Below, piece by piece: positions 1 to 12,312 of a stretch of 64,000 nt of DNA (its first letter is position 1; each line of letters opens with the position of its first letter). Below the pieces are notes generated by a model. That model made no database searches, was not told the origin of the DNA, and worked only from the letters and a program-made list of their open reading frames with translations. This stretch comes from Antedon mediterranea (taxonomy: Eukaryota; Animalia; Echinodermata): the NCBI RefSeq assembly GCF_964355755.1, contig NC_092672.1, positions 25,612,437-25,676,436 on the forward strand, read 5' to 3'. A program made the position numbers and the translations under genes.

Positions 1-43
1 TATTAAAGTTGTATACTATTATATGAACTGTACATAACAAGGC

Positions 44-3000
44 CTACTTTGAAAGCGATACAGACAACAAATAGCAAATTACATGTGAATATAGCGCTAT
101 AATTAACGTGCCTTGGATGTAACCACATCGGTGCTTTCTTTGCCTCTTTTTTGCAGATTTTGGTGGCTTAGCCTGCTTTGCAGATCCCTTCACTGGTTTT
201 AAAACTTCACAAACAAACAAGAATAAATTGAAAATCAAAAGATCTATAAGTGTATCTATAAAATCTAACTATAATTTGATTTAGACTCAAAGAAATATAA
301 TATTAGTGCAATTGAAAAATAATATGGTCTAAATACCCTAAATGCTCATTTACACTAGGACGATAATGATCAACGATACAAATATAAATATACATTTGTC
401 CTAAATAAAACAACAGAAATCAAAAAAGTTTTAGGATAAAGATCTGCTGCCTTTGATGAAAATCATATTTTCACACGTCCAACAATCAAATGACGTCATA
501 ATTAGTAAGAGCAATAATATCGTGATGAATGATTTTATTGCGCTTATTGATCATGACATCATTAGATTGGATTTAAACAAATAGTATTTTTATCAAAGAC
601 AGCGTTTATGGTTATCCTACAGTTCTATAGTAAAAAACTTGTTAGATTTCTTTTGTTTTATCCATTTATCGTCCATCGTTATCGTCTTATTGTGTCTCAG
701 CCTTTACTCAAAAGCGAAATGTCAGGTTTAAATCCTTCCAAGAAAATTAAGCAAGAAATTCATGGTATGTTCAGACTCACAGAGTTTAAGGTACAGTAGT
801 GTTATACAGTTGGATTACTCTACTTCAGTATATATACTTTTACAAAATGAATTTAAACAAGACAAAGTAATTAGAAAATTCATTGTGTGTTTAATAATTA
901 TGTTCAAAATTAATATCATTGAAAACATCAGTGGATTTACTAAAAGGTAACATTGTATCAAAGATCTGTAAACCACTGTACGATGTAAAATGTTCTACTT
1001 GTAGACCATGTATTTCATCATTTACATGGAATGTTGATCATTGTGTTGAACATGTTTTTTAATGCCATGGACTACTGTAGGCCTTGCATTAGATCATAAA
1101 CCTTTATACACCGAGTCTGAACATACCTTTAAGCTTGGTTCCTACTTGAGAGACAACAACGCAATGACATAGACTCAACACAAGTGAGTTGACCAATTAC
1201 AAGTTAAGTTCAAATAATACATTGCTTGTGATTCGTCAAATCCTTGCATTGAGTCTTAGTGAGAATCAAGTATTAATATCGGATGAGCTGTTTCGATATT
1301 TGCTTGTTTGTTTTTGTTTGTTATAATATAAAAATTTCATACCGATATCTACTTGGTGTTGAATCATCTGTTCGTATCTTCGTTGTTGTAGTTGTTTTAG
1401 GTTGGACACGCTGTAAACCGACGCCGTATGCCATAAGTATGACTTTTGTCCCTCGCTTAGGTTAGGATGTTGAAGAAGCTGGCTGTTACTGAAGGCATCA
1501 GGTATATTGACAACCCGTTTAAGAGGAGGTCTGAAGGCAGAGAAGGGTCTGAGGTATTCAACATAGCCTGGATGATCTGGTGTGTACTGACTGGTGATGT
1601 GGCATGATTTTGGTCGGTTATTTTTAGGCTTAGCGCTTCCTATTTAGTAAAAAAAAAACATTAACTTCAATGATATAATATTTACAGTTTTATACAAGGC
1701 AGGCTTCTTTTTACTGTTGACAATTATGATAGGCTTTATTGAACTGTTATTGCCTCTCCACCAAGGTAGGTCAAGACACAACTTCGCACTGATTACTAGC
1801 TGTGTTTTGGGTGTATGTTTCCATACGTATTTGATATAAAAATGACCCGGGTATTTATAACATGTACAGCGCTTAGATTTCACAACAATAGATAGAATTT
1901 ATAAATCAAGAGAATATTATTATATAAATATTATTAACACATGCAATGTAGTGTAAGTGTAAGATTCTTTTTTGTGGTTCTCGAAACTTACCTGCAGTCT
2001 GACTTTTTGGTCTTTGTCTTCGTGTACTGACACTTGTTGCAGGTCTTTCTTTTTTCCATGGAATTGTTTGATCAACTCGCTTTACATGCTGTAATAATAA
2101 AGACGCAGAAAATCATTATCATGAAGTATCAGTATTATAGAGGCCTAAGCCTCTCGCACCCCTGCCAGAAATATAACATCGTTTGATATTAGTACCCAGG
2201 TATCAGTATATATACTGTAAGTGTATACAATACTGTAACATAAACATTTACCAGTGTTTTTTTATTTATTTATTTTCAGTCACATTCGACAGCAGGAAAC
2301 CCACCACTAATGGATTAAAAATATATAAGACAAAATAAGAAAAATGGTTTAAAAATATCTTATTATTATAAAAACTTTGATAACAATAAAAAAAAATGTC
2401 AAAACAATTTTCTTTTCCAACACAATTATTAAAATGTAAACCTATACGAGAAATAAATCCATATTTGGTAGCATTGACAGGGCAAAAAAGAACAGATAAA
2501 AGATTACAGTTAGAATTTACTTGGCACATACTGTACCTCATTGAGATCCCTGGGAGGACTGCGGTCATCATCATCAGAGCTATGTACTTCCTCTGGAGGT
2601 ATAACGGATTCAGTTCCAGAATCCACAGAACTACTACCAACGCTCATTTCCAGTTTGTTTACTTCAACCGCATTTTGACTGCGATGTCGTGCACTGTGAA
2701 AATGCACATAAGAATTTAAATATGTATCACACTACAATGATTTATTTTTTATAGGAAATAAATCACTGTCCTGTCGGATAGGTGGTGAACCACTGACACA
2801 GGGGCTTTTTTGTGGACAAGTTTACCGGGATAGCCAGTTATTCTCATCTCAAATACTGAACTAGGGTCTTTAAATTGCAAACACTTTTAAACTATGTACA
2901 CTTGACCTACGGTTTCTATCCAAGAAGATTTGGATAATAAGTCGGCCTCAAACCCATGCTGACATTGTTGTCTCTTTAGGTATGGTAAACTTATCATAAA

Positions 3001-3295
3001 TAATATTCGAGAAACAAACAAAAAATAACACTGATTGTAAAACAATAAATAAACTAGAATAAAATATTATTTATGTGTGGGAATATTGCATCTAATTATT
3101 AAGTTCCACCATTTAAATACTGAGGTACTGGAAGCCATCATAGTTACTAAATAAAGCTGCTAAAATCTCCAATAAAGGATGTTACATTCAGAACAAAATT
3201 GATTTTAGTTGGCACCTTTTAGCTCGTTGATGAGGCTTAGCACTTCTAGCCCGCTGTTGACGTATTTCTGCATCATTTTCAGCAACTTCAGCCAT
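44..3295 (-). CDS. FAM216-domain-like protein (spliced; last exon boundary uncertain)
   Basis: Phase-consistent exons 3295-3216, 2693-2537, 2088-1992, 1639-1343 and 204-(112 or 44) give MAEVAENDAEIRQQRARSAKPHQRAKSARH...RPATS...QHPNLSEGQKSYLWHTASVYSVSNLKQLQQRRYEQMIQH. The last segment resembles the FAM216A/B motif HPDLTxGQKRYLxSIAKIY. The final exon either ends at a GC donor (~112) or reads to the stop at 44. Confidence 0.7.
345..702. mobile_element. Degenerate palindromic MITE-like element
   Basis: Imperfect inverted ends GCTCATTTACACTAGGACGAT / ATCGTCTTATTGTGTCTCAGC; related degraded sequence near 56770-56960. Confidence 0.4.
2735..2985 (-). mobile_element. tRNA-derived SINE, partial degenerate copy
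   Basis: Colinear with the 55275-55629 copy (AATCACTGTCCT..GATAGGTGGT...CCTACGGTTT...GTCGGCCTC..ACCC). Confidence 0.65.
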
Positions 3296-4609
3296 ATTAT
3301 TTTTGACGATAATCAATATATTCAGAAATACAGTTTCAGCAGAGTGTAAATTCCAATTTGTACAACCAGTCAGGTTTTTTTTTTCCGTTGTCGAGGTTTA
3401 AATTAAACAGATGTCAATTTATGTTTCTAATCCATGTTACAAATCATGTAACTATTCAATTCCAAGTTCTGATACAATAGCTAACACTGCAAAATGAGAA
3501 ACCTTAAAGATGGCCAAAGAAGACTATAGTAAGACTAATCTAAAACCGTAATGTTATAAAAACACAAAGTATAATTATCTATATTCCATGTTTCAACTTG
3601 TATATGAACAAACAACAATCCAATATAAGAAATTATATCAATAAAGACAACAGAAAATGGCGCATGTCGAACCTCAAGGTGTCATCCATTAATAGATCAA
3701 AGAAGTTAATTGAATTTTAAATAGTAATTTGATAGCAGCTTTCCTTGTTGCTATATTGACATATTCAACATCTCGATTTCTGATCTCAATAGCCACTTAT
3801 GTTCAGCAACGACAAATCCGCATATAATCAACAGCTAATTTTCTCCACCATTTATCGCTATAGTAACGCAATGTTTTGTCATGGAATTGTGTTGAAATTG
3901 ATGGTTACGTAGGCTTCGAAGGGTATGCTTATAACTCATTGATTTTTTTTTTCATTTTCTTTTCTTCGTGATCAACAGACTATGCAAATAATGAGACAAG
4001 ATATACAAGTGTTCTCAATTCTGATGTCTATTGATTCTATTGATTTTGTTTAATTAACGAATGAATATGCACTATAGGTATTTAATTAGTAATAGTTGAT
4101 TGCTGACCATGATGTTTGCATCAGTACTTGAAAAGTACAAATCCTAATTGGTTCACTAGAAATGAAACTGTTGCCTAGGTAGTGCAAGATTTCGACAGGC
4201 TGATCACCTGGATGTAAACCTTTAATTTGAAGTTTAAAAATCAATAATTGAATAAACTGCACAATTACAATTTACGATTATAATTATATTATATATTGCT
4301 GATTCAGTTTTTGGAACACACAGTACAGTGAAAATTGAATGGTGTATTAACTATTATTTTCTTGAAAGGGTACTTGCCTAATTGTAGATAAATACTAATT
4401 TAGAGTTGATCTTATAAATTTACTAGAAAAATGGAAAAATTTGAGATTTGGATTGAGGAAGTTAGAGAGCATATTATATACTATAAAAAAGGATTACCAT
4501 ACAGTAAAGGGGACAATTTTGGGACCTGTAAAAAAATTGATGGGGGATTTTCGTGGAAATACAAATACAAACCAATAGATTAATAAACTGCACTAATAAA
4601 ATTAGTTTT

Positions 4610-4695
4610 AAAATGTATATTTCTGTTGAATTGTACAGATAGTGTTATATTAAAATATAACACTATCTGTACAATTCAACAGAAATATACATTTT
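4610..4695. repeat. Perfect inverted repeat, 42-bp arms, 2-nt spacer
   Basis: AAAATGTATATTTCTGTTGAATTGTACAGATAGTGTTATATT-AA-exact reverse complement. Confidence 0.95.
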
Positions 4696-5126
4696 TGGAA
4701 CACAATATAAAGAGATTTGGTAAGGTTTAAAGTTTTTTTTTTTAATTTATCTATAAGGGAATGTCTGTATTTAATTTCTTTATTTTTAAAGGTTCATCAT
4801 TGTATTACATAGAGCAAGCTAATTTTAAAATATTAAAATAAAGAAAATTGTTAAATTGGCAAAACAAATACAAAAAAAAAATTGTTTGGTAATACTGTAA
4901 TCACCTAACCTACAGTACAATGCCAGTCATCCATTATAATTAACCAATGTGATGCTAATAAGAAATATTTTAATATTTTATGCAATTCACACATAGAAAA
5001 ATTAGCTATAACCTACACTAACATTTGTAAAATTATAGTTTTACCAGATCCCAACTTGAAAAAATGAAATATTGGTAGAATTTATGAAAAAGCATGGGTA
5101 AACAAAGAGAATCACGCTAAAAAATT

Positions 5127-5289
5127 AAACCAAATTATAAAGGGTGCTATCAAATATTGTAGGCACCGGCATATTATAAACCAAATTATAAAGGGTGCTA
5201 TCAAATATTGTAGGCACCGGCATATTATAAACTAAATTATAAAGGGTGCTATCAAATATTGTAGGCACCGGCATATTATAAACTAAATT
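5127..5289. repeat. Tandem repeat, 51 bp x ~3
   Basis: Unit CAAATTATAAAGGGTGCTATCAAATATTGTAGGCACCGGCATATTATAAAC. Confidence 0.95.
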
Positions 5290-5375
5290 CTAGTGTAATA
5301 AAAGTTTAACTTTAGAATCGTGAGTAGGTGTAAAGTTTATTTTTTAGATTTTATTTGAGTCAGTTAGCTGGCCTC

Positions 5376-5802
5376 TAAAGCGTGGTTCCCACTAGCGACG
5401 CAACACAAGGACGTAACGCAACGCAAGTGAATTGAACAATCACAAGCGATGGCTTATTTGCTTGTGATTGCTATAAACTGTCTATAACTTCGCTTGTCAT
5501 TGTTAAAGCATGGTTCCCACTAGCGACGCAACACAAGGACGTAACGTAACGTAAGTGAATTGACCAATCACAAGCGATGGCTTATTCACTTGTGATTGCT
5601 AACTGTCTATGACTTCGCTTGTCATTGGTTAAAACGCTTGTGTTGCGTTTACGTCCTTGAGTTACGTTCTAGTGGGAACCAAGCTTTATAACGTTTGTGT
5701 TGCGTTTACGTCCTTGCGTTACGTTCTAGTGGGAACCAAGCTTTAAAACGCTTGTGTTGCGTTTACGTCCTTGCGTTACGTTCTAGTGGGAACCATGGCT
5801 TA
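5376..5802. mobile_element. Palindromic MITE cluster (duplicated/nested arms)
   Basis: Two left arms GGTTCCCACTAGCGACGCAACACAAGGACGTAA and three right arms TTACGTCCTTG...CTAGTGGGAACC; degenerate relative at ~1130-1272. Confidence 0.75.
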
Positions 5803-6384
5803 GCTACACAGGAGACGGCAAGTTCTGTCGTTCTGAGCGGTCTTGAAGAAGTCGTCGACTGGGTGGGTGGATTGATTTATGCTCAAAACCTTGCCGACTA
5901 TAAAAATCTTTTCTGTGTAGGCCTATGTTCAGATTTCCAGTGGTTGGAGGTCCAACTATCAATGTAGTCTAATACTATTCAATCTATCTGAACTGGATTA
6001 ATTAAGATTATGCTCTTAACCCAGCAAACCAAAACCAGGGTATTGTTTCCCATCGGCCATGGCATGTTATGGTAGGAACCTTTACTTCTTGTTGTGAGTG
6101 AGGCACCAGGTGAAGCGCGGACGGAATGATAATATTTTATTAAGAAACATTCTTTACTCCATGCTCACTCACAGTCAGCTCTAACCTTTACTCCATGCTC
6201 TAACCATCTGTGGTGGTAGAGTAACTTATTAATTCTAACCTATTAAGCCCCTATTAAGACTATAGTTAGTATATAGGCCTCACTCAATACTTACTCTTAA
6301 TGAAATCTTGTTGTGCAGCCTAAAGTTTTATTTTGAGTATCTCCTCCACCTACTGCTATACTTTGACATTCGACATGCTTCCAG

Positions 6385-6442
6385 GGTAGCGTTACGCACC
6401 CTAGCAACGGTTGCCATGGACCATCATGGCGGTACTTCCGGA
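6385..6442. promoter_or_regulatory. Probable (bidirectional) promoter with RFX X-box-like, YY1-like and ETS motifs
   Basis: CCCTAGCAAC and GGTTGCCATGG (RFX half-sites), CATGGCGG overlapping the ATG at 6426, and ACTTCCGG; lies between divergent genes. Confidence 0.6.
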
Positions 6443-9400
6443 TCGTGAAGGGATCGGATTGCAAAAAGTCGGTACCTGTACTAACTTTATTGTTTTTTAA
6501 GTCTCGAATTTCTCAGAGAGGGCGCACTTTAAAATGAAAAATAGCGAACACCGATTTTTGTAAACATCGTCGCAGGCCAACAAAATGCAAATCGAAATGC
6601 AGCCGATTTTATCGCCAAAGTGACGAAATTGTTATATTAAATGTACAGGTGTGTTTAATACGTGTAGTACCCTAAAATATTTCAGCTAGCTGGGTATAAT
6701 AGAAGTAATACCATAAATAAAAGGTTAAGAAAGTACTGTATTTACTTTTCTCTCTCTCCCCCCGAGCGAGTTGGGTTTCTTTCTTAAATCTTAGCCGGCC
6801 TTTTGGCTAGAGCCTATCTAAAGACATTACCAGGCTTAGCCTAGGCCTAGGCCTAGTCCTCGTCTAGAGGTTCACTTTTATGGGGTGGGGTGCTGAATAC
6901 ATCTCCCTTCAGGGGACAGGGGCAGCCGAAAAGGCTTCGGGGTATTTTGTATTGAAACTAGCTTACTAAATAATAGACTAGGCCTAGGCCTAGAGTAATT
7001 TATGCTGTTTCAATTCATAAATTTATTTAGTTTATAATAAGGGCCTATGATCTATGAGTATGATGAGATGAGCACATAAATCTGGCCAATTTCCATTACA
7101 TTATACTTTTTTACTCTATTTTTTGCAGTCCAACAGGGTTTTAACCGATTCACCACGATAAGCGCTTAAAGCGCTCAAAAGGTTAAAAGTCAAGGTCATT
7201 GTAAACAAATTTTCAACAAAAAAAAAGTAAATCGAATTTACATGCGCAGTTTGCTGTGCATGAATCGTAACAACAAATTATACAAAATACTCACAACTTT
7301 TTTTTTAAAAATATGCTTCTAAATATATAAAAACAATTGTTGAAGTTAGTTTGAAAATAAAATTCGAAAATATAACCGTTTTTCGAAGCACGCTGTTCGA
7401 AACGCGACAGGCGCGTTGAATGAATCTAGGCCTAGACATACAACGTAAAATCGTCTAAAATCCATCTTTATTTCTAATAATCACTATTTTGAAGCTTGTA
7501 TACAATAAATGTATAATAAATAAAGATTATGTATCAGTTACAGTGTCTAAATCGTCATATTTCCATGTAAAAATGTGATTTTTCTACCGGAGAAAAGTCG
7601 TGAAGATGTCCTCACAAGGGCCGCGCCATATTGTTTACCTTTGATTGTAATATGAACCCTGACATGTCAGATGCATTATGGGCATGAAATATTTGTTCAA
7701 ACTCTGCGCAAAGGTCAGTTTATTGAAGCATAACTTTTGACAAACATTTTGATACCAAACTTGTTTTAATTTCATAAGTTTTCGACGCATTTTCGTCAAA
7801 TTTTCTGCAAGCTACACGTCTAAAACAGCGGACTAAGCTCCCGAGGGATGCCGGTGCGCGTGGGAATCGCGAATTCCAAGTCGCTTTCGGGATGTTTTTT
7901 TTAACATTCCCGGTGAACAAACAGCGGCGAGGACGCTCTCGGGGCGGCTCCCGATAGGCCTAGGCCCCATATGGTCATCGTCGGATGAGTCAGTCTACTA
8001 ATTTCTTCATAATTTCGAAACCGGTCATTCATAATGGTCAAGTTTGGTCTTATTTTGAAGAGAAGAAATAGGTTCTGATGAAGAGATGAGTTTTATTATG
8101 AAATATTTATTAATTTTTGTGCATTTGGTAGTCAAAGATAAATTACAAATTTTTAATAATTTTCCTAAAATATTTCTAAAATTTGCATAATCCATACTCC
8201 GCCAAAATAAGTTGTAACACAAATTTGATAACATATTTGGAAATAAAATGTCCTTTGCATTATTTTTGTTTTTTAATTTTTTTAATGTCTGTGTTTAGAA
8301 AAAAAGTTAGGGTTAATTATATGACATATGCTTTTTGGGTCCCAGGGGAGCAAAATAAACTTAGGGGTCAATGGGTTAAAATGTCTGAAAAGTATGACAT
8401 CATAACTGTACCAAATGTGGTAGTTATTAAAGAGGAACCAGAAGGGTTTACGATGAAATCGGTCGCGTCTGAAATCGGTCGCGTTTGAAATCGGTCGCGA
8501 TAAAATCAACTTCCGGTATTTTGTATGGCGCGCCGCTAGAGCTATAATCCTTTTGATGATATCGGTCGCGTTTGAAATCGGTCGCGTTTGAAATCGGTCG
8601 CGCTATTTTGTATGGATCGAGCGGGATGCATGCTAGAACGGGATATACATTTTTCGTTTATATAGATTTAATTGATATTTTTTAGGAACTAGATTATTTA
8701 TGTGGATGGTTAATAAATATTTATTATCAATCATTAAATTAATTTTTTTTTTGTATTTCACAGGTCTCGGAGAAGGACTGTATCTTTTCAAAATGGCCAT
8801 TTCTAAACACGTTTAAATATTATATTAGGCATAATGTTATATTTATTAGGCATATAATAATTTACTTCTATTAATATGTACTGTAATTAATATATTATAT
8901 AGAGAATATACGTCTGTCGTGTCTTTTATTACGCAAACAATTACGTAAAAGAGAACAATTTATTTAAAAACAAGAATTTTTACAATATAGCCCGTAAAGC
9001 CAGCGTATCCATTTTTATACTTATGCATACTGTGACTGATTATATCACTATTCGATCACCTTATTTTTATTTCTATTTTCTAAGTGTATAATGATTATTG
9101 TTGAGGCAAATCACGTGTATGTTTTTATTTCTAATGTTTAAAATAGTTTTTAGTAAAATGATCATTATATGCGGATGGTTAACAGGCGAGTTACTGAAAT
9201 AAACCCCCGAATAAGCCATATTGGAGATGCGCCTTCTATGATCGTGCAGCTGTTTCCTCTAACAATACGTTATTTTGCTGACGGGGATTCCCCTTTTTAA
9301 AAAACACGCACTAGTAGTGTGTCAAATCATGGAGAAAACACGTACGATCGTTGTCCATGGCGAGGTAAAGATGACGTCTATTACTAATAACCATACATTT

Positions 9401-12312
9401 GAAAGGTCTATAGGCCTCCTGCACGTGTTTTTGTGAAACGATCCGATGAGCTATAGATGCTCGACGCGATTATGAGATCATGTTCATTCATTAAGTTTAT
9501 TTAGCCTTTAAAATCGAAATACATTTAAAACATAGGTAACCAAATCAAGACACGTGGAAATGTAAGGAGGCAAGGATAAGCAAAAGCAATTAAATCGCTG
9601 TAGCTCACAGGCTTGCTTATCCATAATAATTCCGAATAAAGCACTTTTTCTATAATTTGACAGTATGATTTATACGTATATACGTCGGCGATACTATAGA
9701 TTTTAATTTGAATATTTTTTATTTTTTTCTTCATTTATAATAATCATTTAATGTAAATAATTAAGTAAGTGCAACTCAGTGTCTCGCATTCATACGCCGT
9801 TCGTAAATCTAAACGTTTAAATATCAGTGCAGATTACCTCTTTGAGAATTGTGTCCACCTTTATTATCCATACATTATTATTCTCACATCTATCATCGGC
9901 ATATTATCTATATATTTTATTAATATCCTAAAACCATACGTAATTGTTTGCATAATAAAAGACACGACAAACGTATATTCTCTATATAATATATTAATTA
10001 CAGTACATATAAATAGAGGTAAATTATTATATGCATAATATAACATTATGCCTAATATAATATTTAAACGTGTTTAGAAATGGCCATTTTGAAAAGACAC
10101 CGTCCTTCTCCGAGACCTGTGAAATAAAAAAAAAAAATTAATTAATGATTAATAATAAATATTTATTAACCAAGTAACAAATATCCACATAAATAATCTA
10201 GTTCCTTAAAAATATCAATTAAATCTATATAAACGAAAAATGTATATCCCGCTCTAGCATGCATCCCGCTCGATCCATACAAAATAGCGCGACCGATTTC
10301 AAACGCGACCGATTTCAAACGCGACCGATATAATCAAAAGTATAGCTCTAGCGGCGCGCCATACAAAATACCGGAAGTTGATTTTATCGCGACCGATTTC
10401 AAACGCGACCGATTTCAAGCGCGACCGATTTCATCTGACACCACCAGAAGAGGCTGGTTATGACTTTGTGAAGCGAAGAGGCAAAGTTGGTGATGAAGAT
10501 GATCACAATTTTCTACTTATCAAAGAGGAATTTGTTGACGTAATTGATGAAGATGTGTATCAGAAGAATCAGACTGCGAGTGGTGATAAGGAAGAAGAAT
10601 CGGAAACTGAACAAGAAAAAATTTCGGTTTCAGAATTTAAAAAGAAGCCGATTGGCGATAACCCATTCCAATGTGGAAAGTGCTATAAAATCTTCACTAA
10701 TGATGAAAAACTGACCAATCATGAAATCTCGCATACAAGACTTAAACCGTTCCATTGTAAATACTGCGAGAAAAAATTCTCACGTAATTCTCATTTACGA
10801 CGACATGAAAAAGTACACACAACTGAAAAGCCTCATAAATGTAGTTTATGTGATAAAAGATTCTTTCAGAAATCACATGTGCGCCGTCATGAACGTGTGC
10901 ACACGGGTGAGAAGCCATACACATGTGATTTATGTGACAAGAATTTTTCAGATAGAAGCTTGTTACAGCGTCATCAATTAATTCACTCTGGAATCAAACC
11001 ATTCCAATGCCAGGATTGTGGGAAAACGTATAACCAACATATACAACTGACAATCCATCAGCGTACACACACGGGTGAGAAACCATATGAGTGTACTTGG
11101 TGTGGGAAGAAGTTTACACACAGCGGCACCCTACGATCACATGAGCGCACCCACACTGGAGAACGGCCGTACCATTGTAAAGAATGTGGTAAACAATTTT
11201 CACAACACTCGCATTTTACACGTCATAAAAAAACTCATAATGCGTTGAAAGGAAATGCTTTTCAATGTAAGATTTGTTTAGAAATCTTCAAATATCGTTA
11301 TGATATGGAAGTACATATATTAAAACATCCCAACGGTAAGCCATTCAATTGTGAACATTGCAACAAAAAGTTCATGACAAAGGCTTCATTGAAAAGACAC
11401 ATTCTAAAAAAACATGAACATCCTGTGGTTTATACATGTGACTATTGCAAGTTGACGTTTAACGATTTTAATGATCTATGCAAGCATGAAGCAATACATT
11501 TGAATGATTCTGTCCTTATCTTCCAATCAAATGCTGATATGCGTTCTGTACGAGATGATGAAATAGAAGATATTGAAATGAACGATAATTATGATTTGAC
11601 AAATCAAGAGAGATTAGTAGCCGCCATGTTGATTACAAAAAAACCATTTCAATGCAATAAATGTAAAAAACGATTTCAGACAAACTCTCATTTGAAAGAA
11701 CATGAGAAGATCCACAGTGGAAAAAAACCGTACAAATGCAGCTTCTGTAAAAAAGCGTTCTCTCGTACCTCGCATTTAAACAGACACGAGAAAATACATG
11801 CCGATTTGAAACCTTTCAGTTGTGATTACTGCGACAGGAAGTTTGTACAGTTAATTCATAAGCAACGGCATGAAAAAACGCATGTTGATCCTAAGCAAAT
11901 ATGTGCGCAAAATCTGTCAAATGTAAACAGTGGCGTTAAAAATCGTACACTAATGATGACAGGACATTGTAAAGAAAATTTGGTTGTTGACAAACAAACA
12001 TCTGATGAAGATGTGGCTGAAAAGCAACAAGATGAACAGAACCATCTGCATGATGGAGGCCGCCATGTCATTTCCAAGTTACAAAAGCAACAAAGTTTTG
12101 AAGATATATTGGAAAAGAAAATGTGCTGCAATGAAGACAAGGGAGAGAGAATGTGTCATGTTGAGGAGGTGGAAAAAGAGGAATTGTTAGAAAGTAGCAA
12201 TAAGAAGAATTATGAAAACAAATTATGCCATGTTGAGATTATTGAGAATGAGGAATTGCCAGAGGAGAATAGTATGAACAATCAATTGTGCCACATTGAG
12301 ATGGATGGATGA
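6426..12312 (+). CDS. C2H2 zinc-finger protein (13 fingers), exon 2 interrupted by two transposons
   Basis: Exon 1 6426-6471 (GT donor) and acceptor TTTTGCAG|7129. Segments 7129-7144, 8380-8444 and 10451-12312 join in frame (MAVLPDREGIGLQKVVQQGFKMSEKY...IKEEPEEAGYDF..., ~662 aa). 13 CxxC...HxxxH fingers with TGEKP-type linkers; two IKEE SUMO-type motifs. Confidence 0.85.
7145..8375. mobile_element. Non-autonomous piggyBac-like element
   Basis: TTAA on both sides (7141-7144, 8376-8379); imperfect TIR CCGATTCACC / GGTCAATGGG; removal restores the ZNF reading frame. Confidence 0.75.
8445..10442. mobile_element. Foldback-type non-autonomous DNA transposon (Merlin/MULE-like)
   Basis: 8-bp TSD ACCAGAAG (8437-8444, 10443-10450); GG...CC termini; ~500-bp TIRs containing GAAATCGGTCGCGTTT subrepeats. 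Confidence 0.9.

Noticed and set aside
5695-5967. ORF with repeated CCVYVLALRSSGN
   Set aside because: Translation of duplicated MITE arms
10378-10442. TTG start and MILSRPISNATDF N-terminus of the ZNF ORF (mirrored at 8282-8509 minus)
   Set aside because: This is transposon TIR sequence; the true N-terminus lies upstream of the insertion
8445-10450. Exact introner-type removal of the foldback element using the GT at 8446
   Set aside because: That donor is phase 2 and no adjacent AG restores the frame; only other donor/acceptor pairs could rescue the gene
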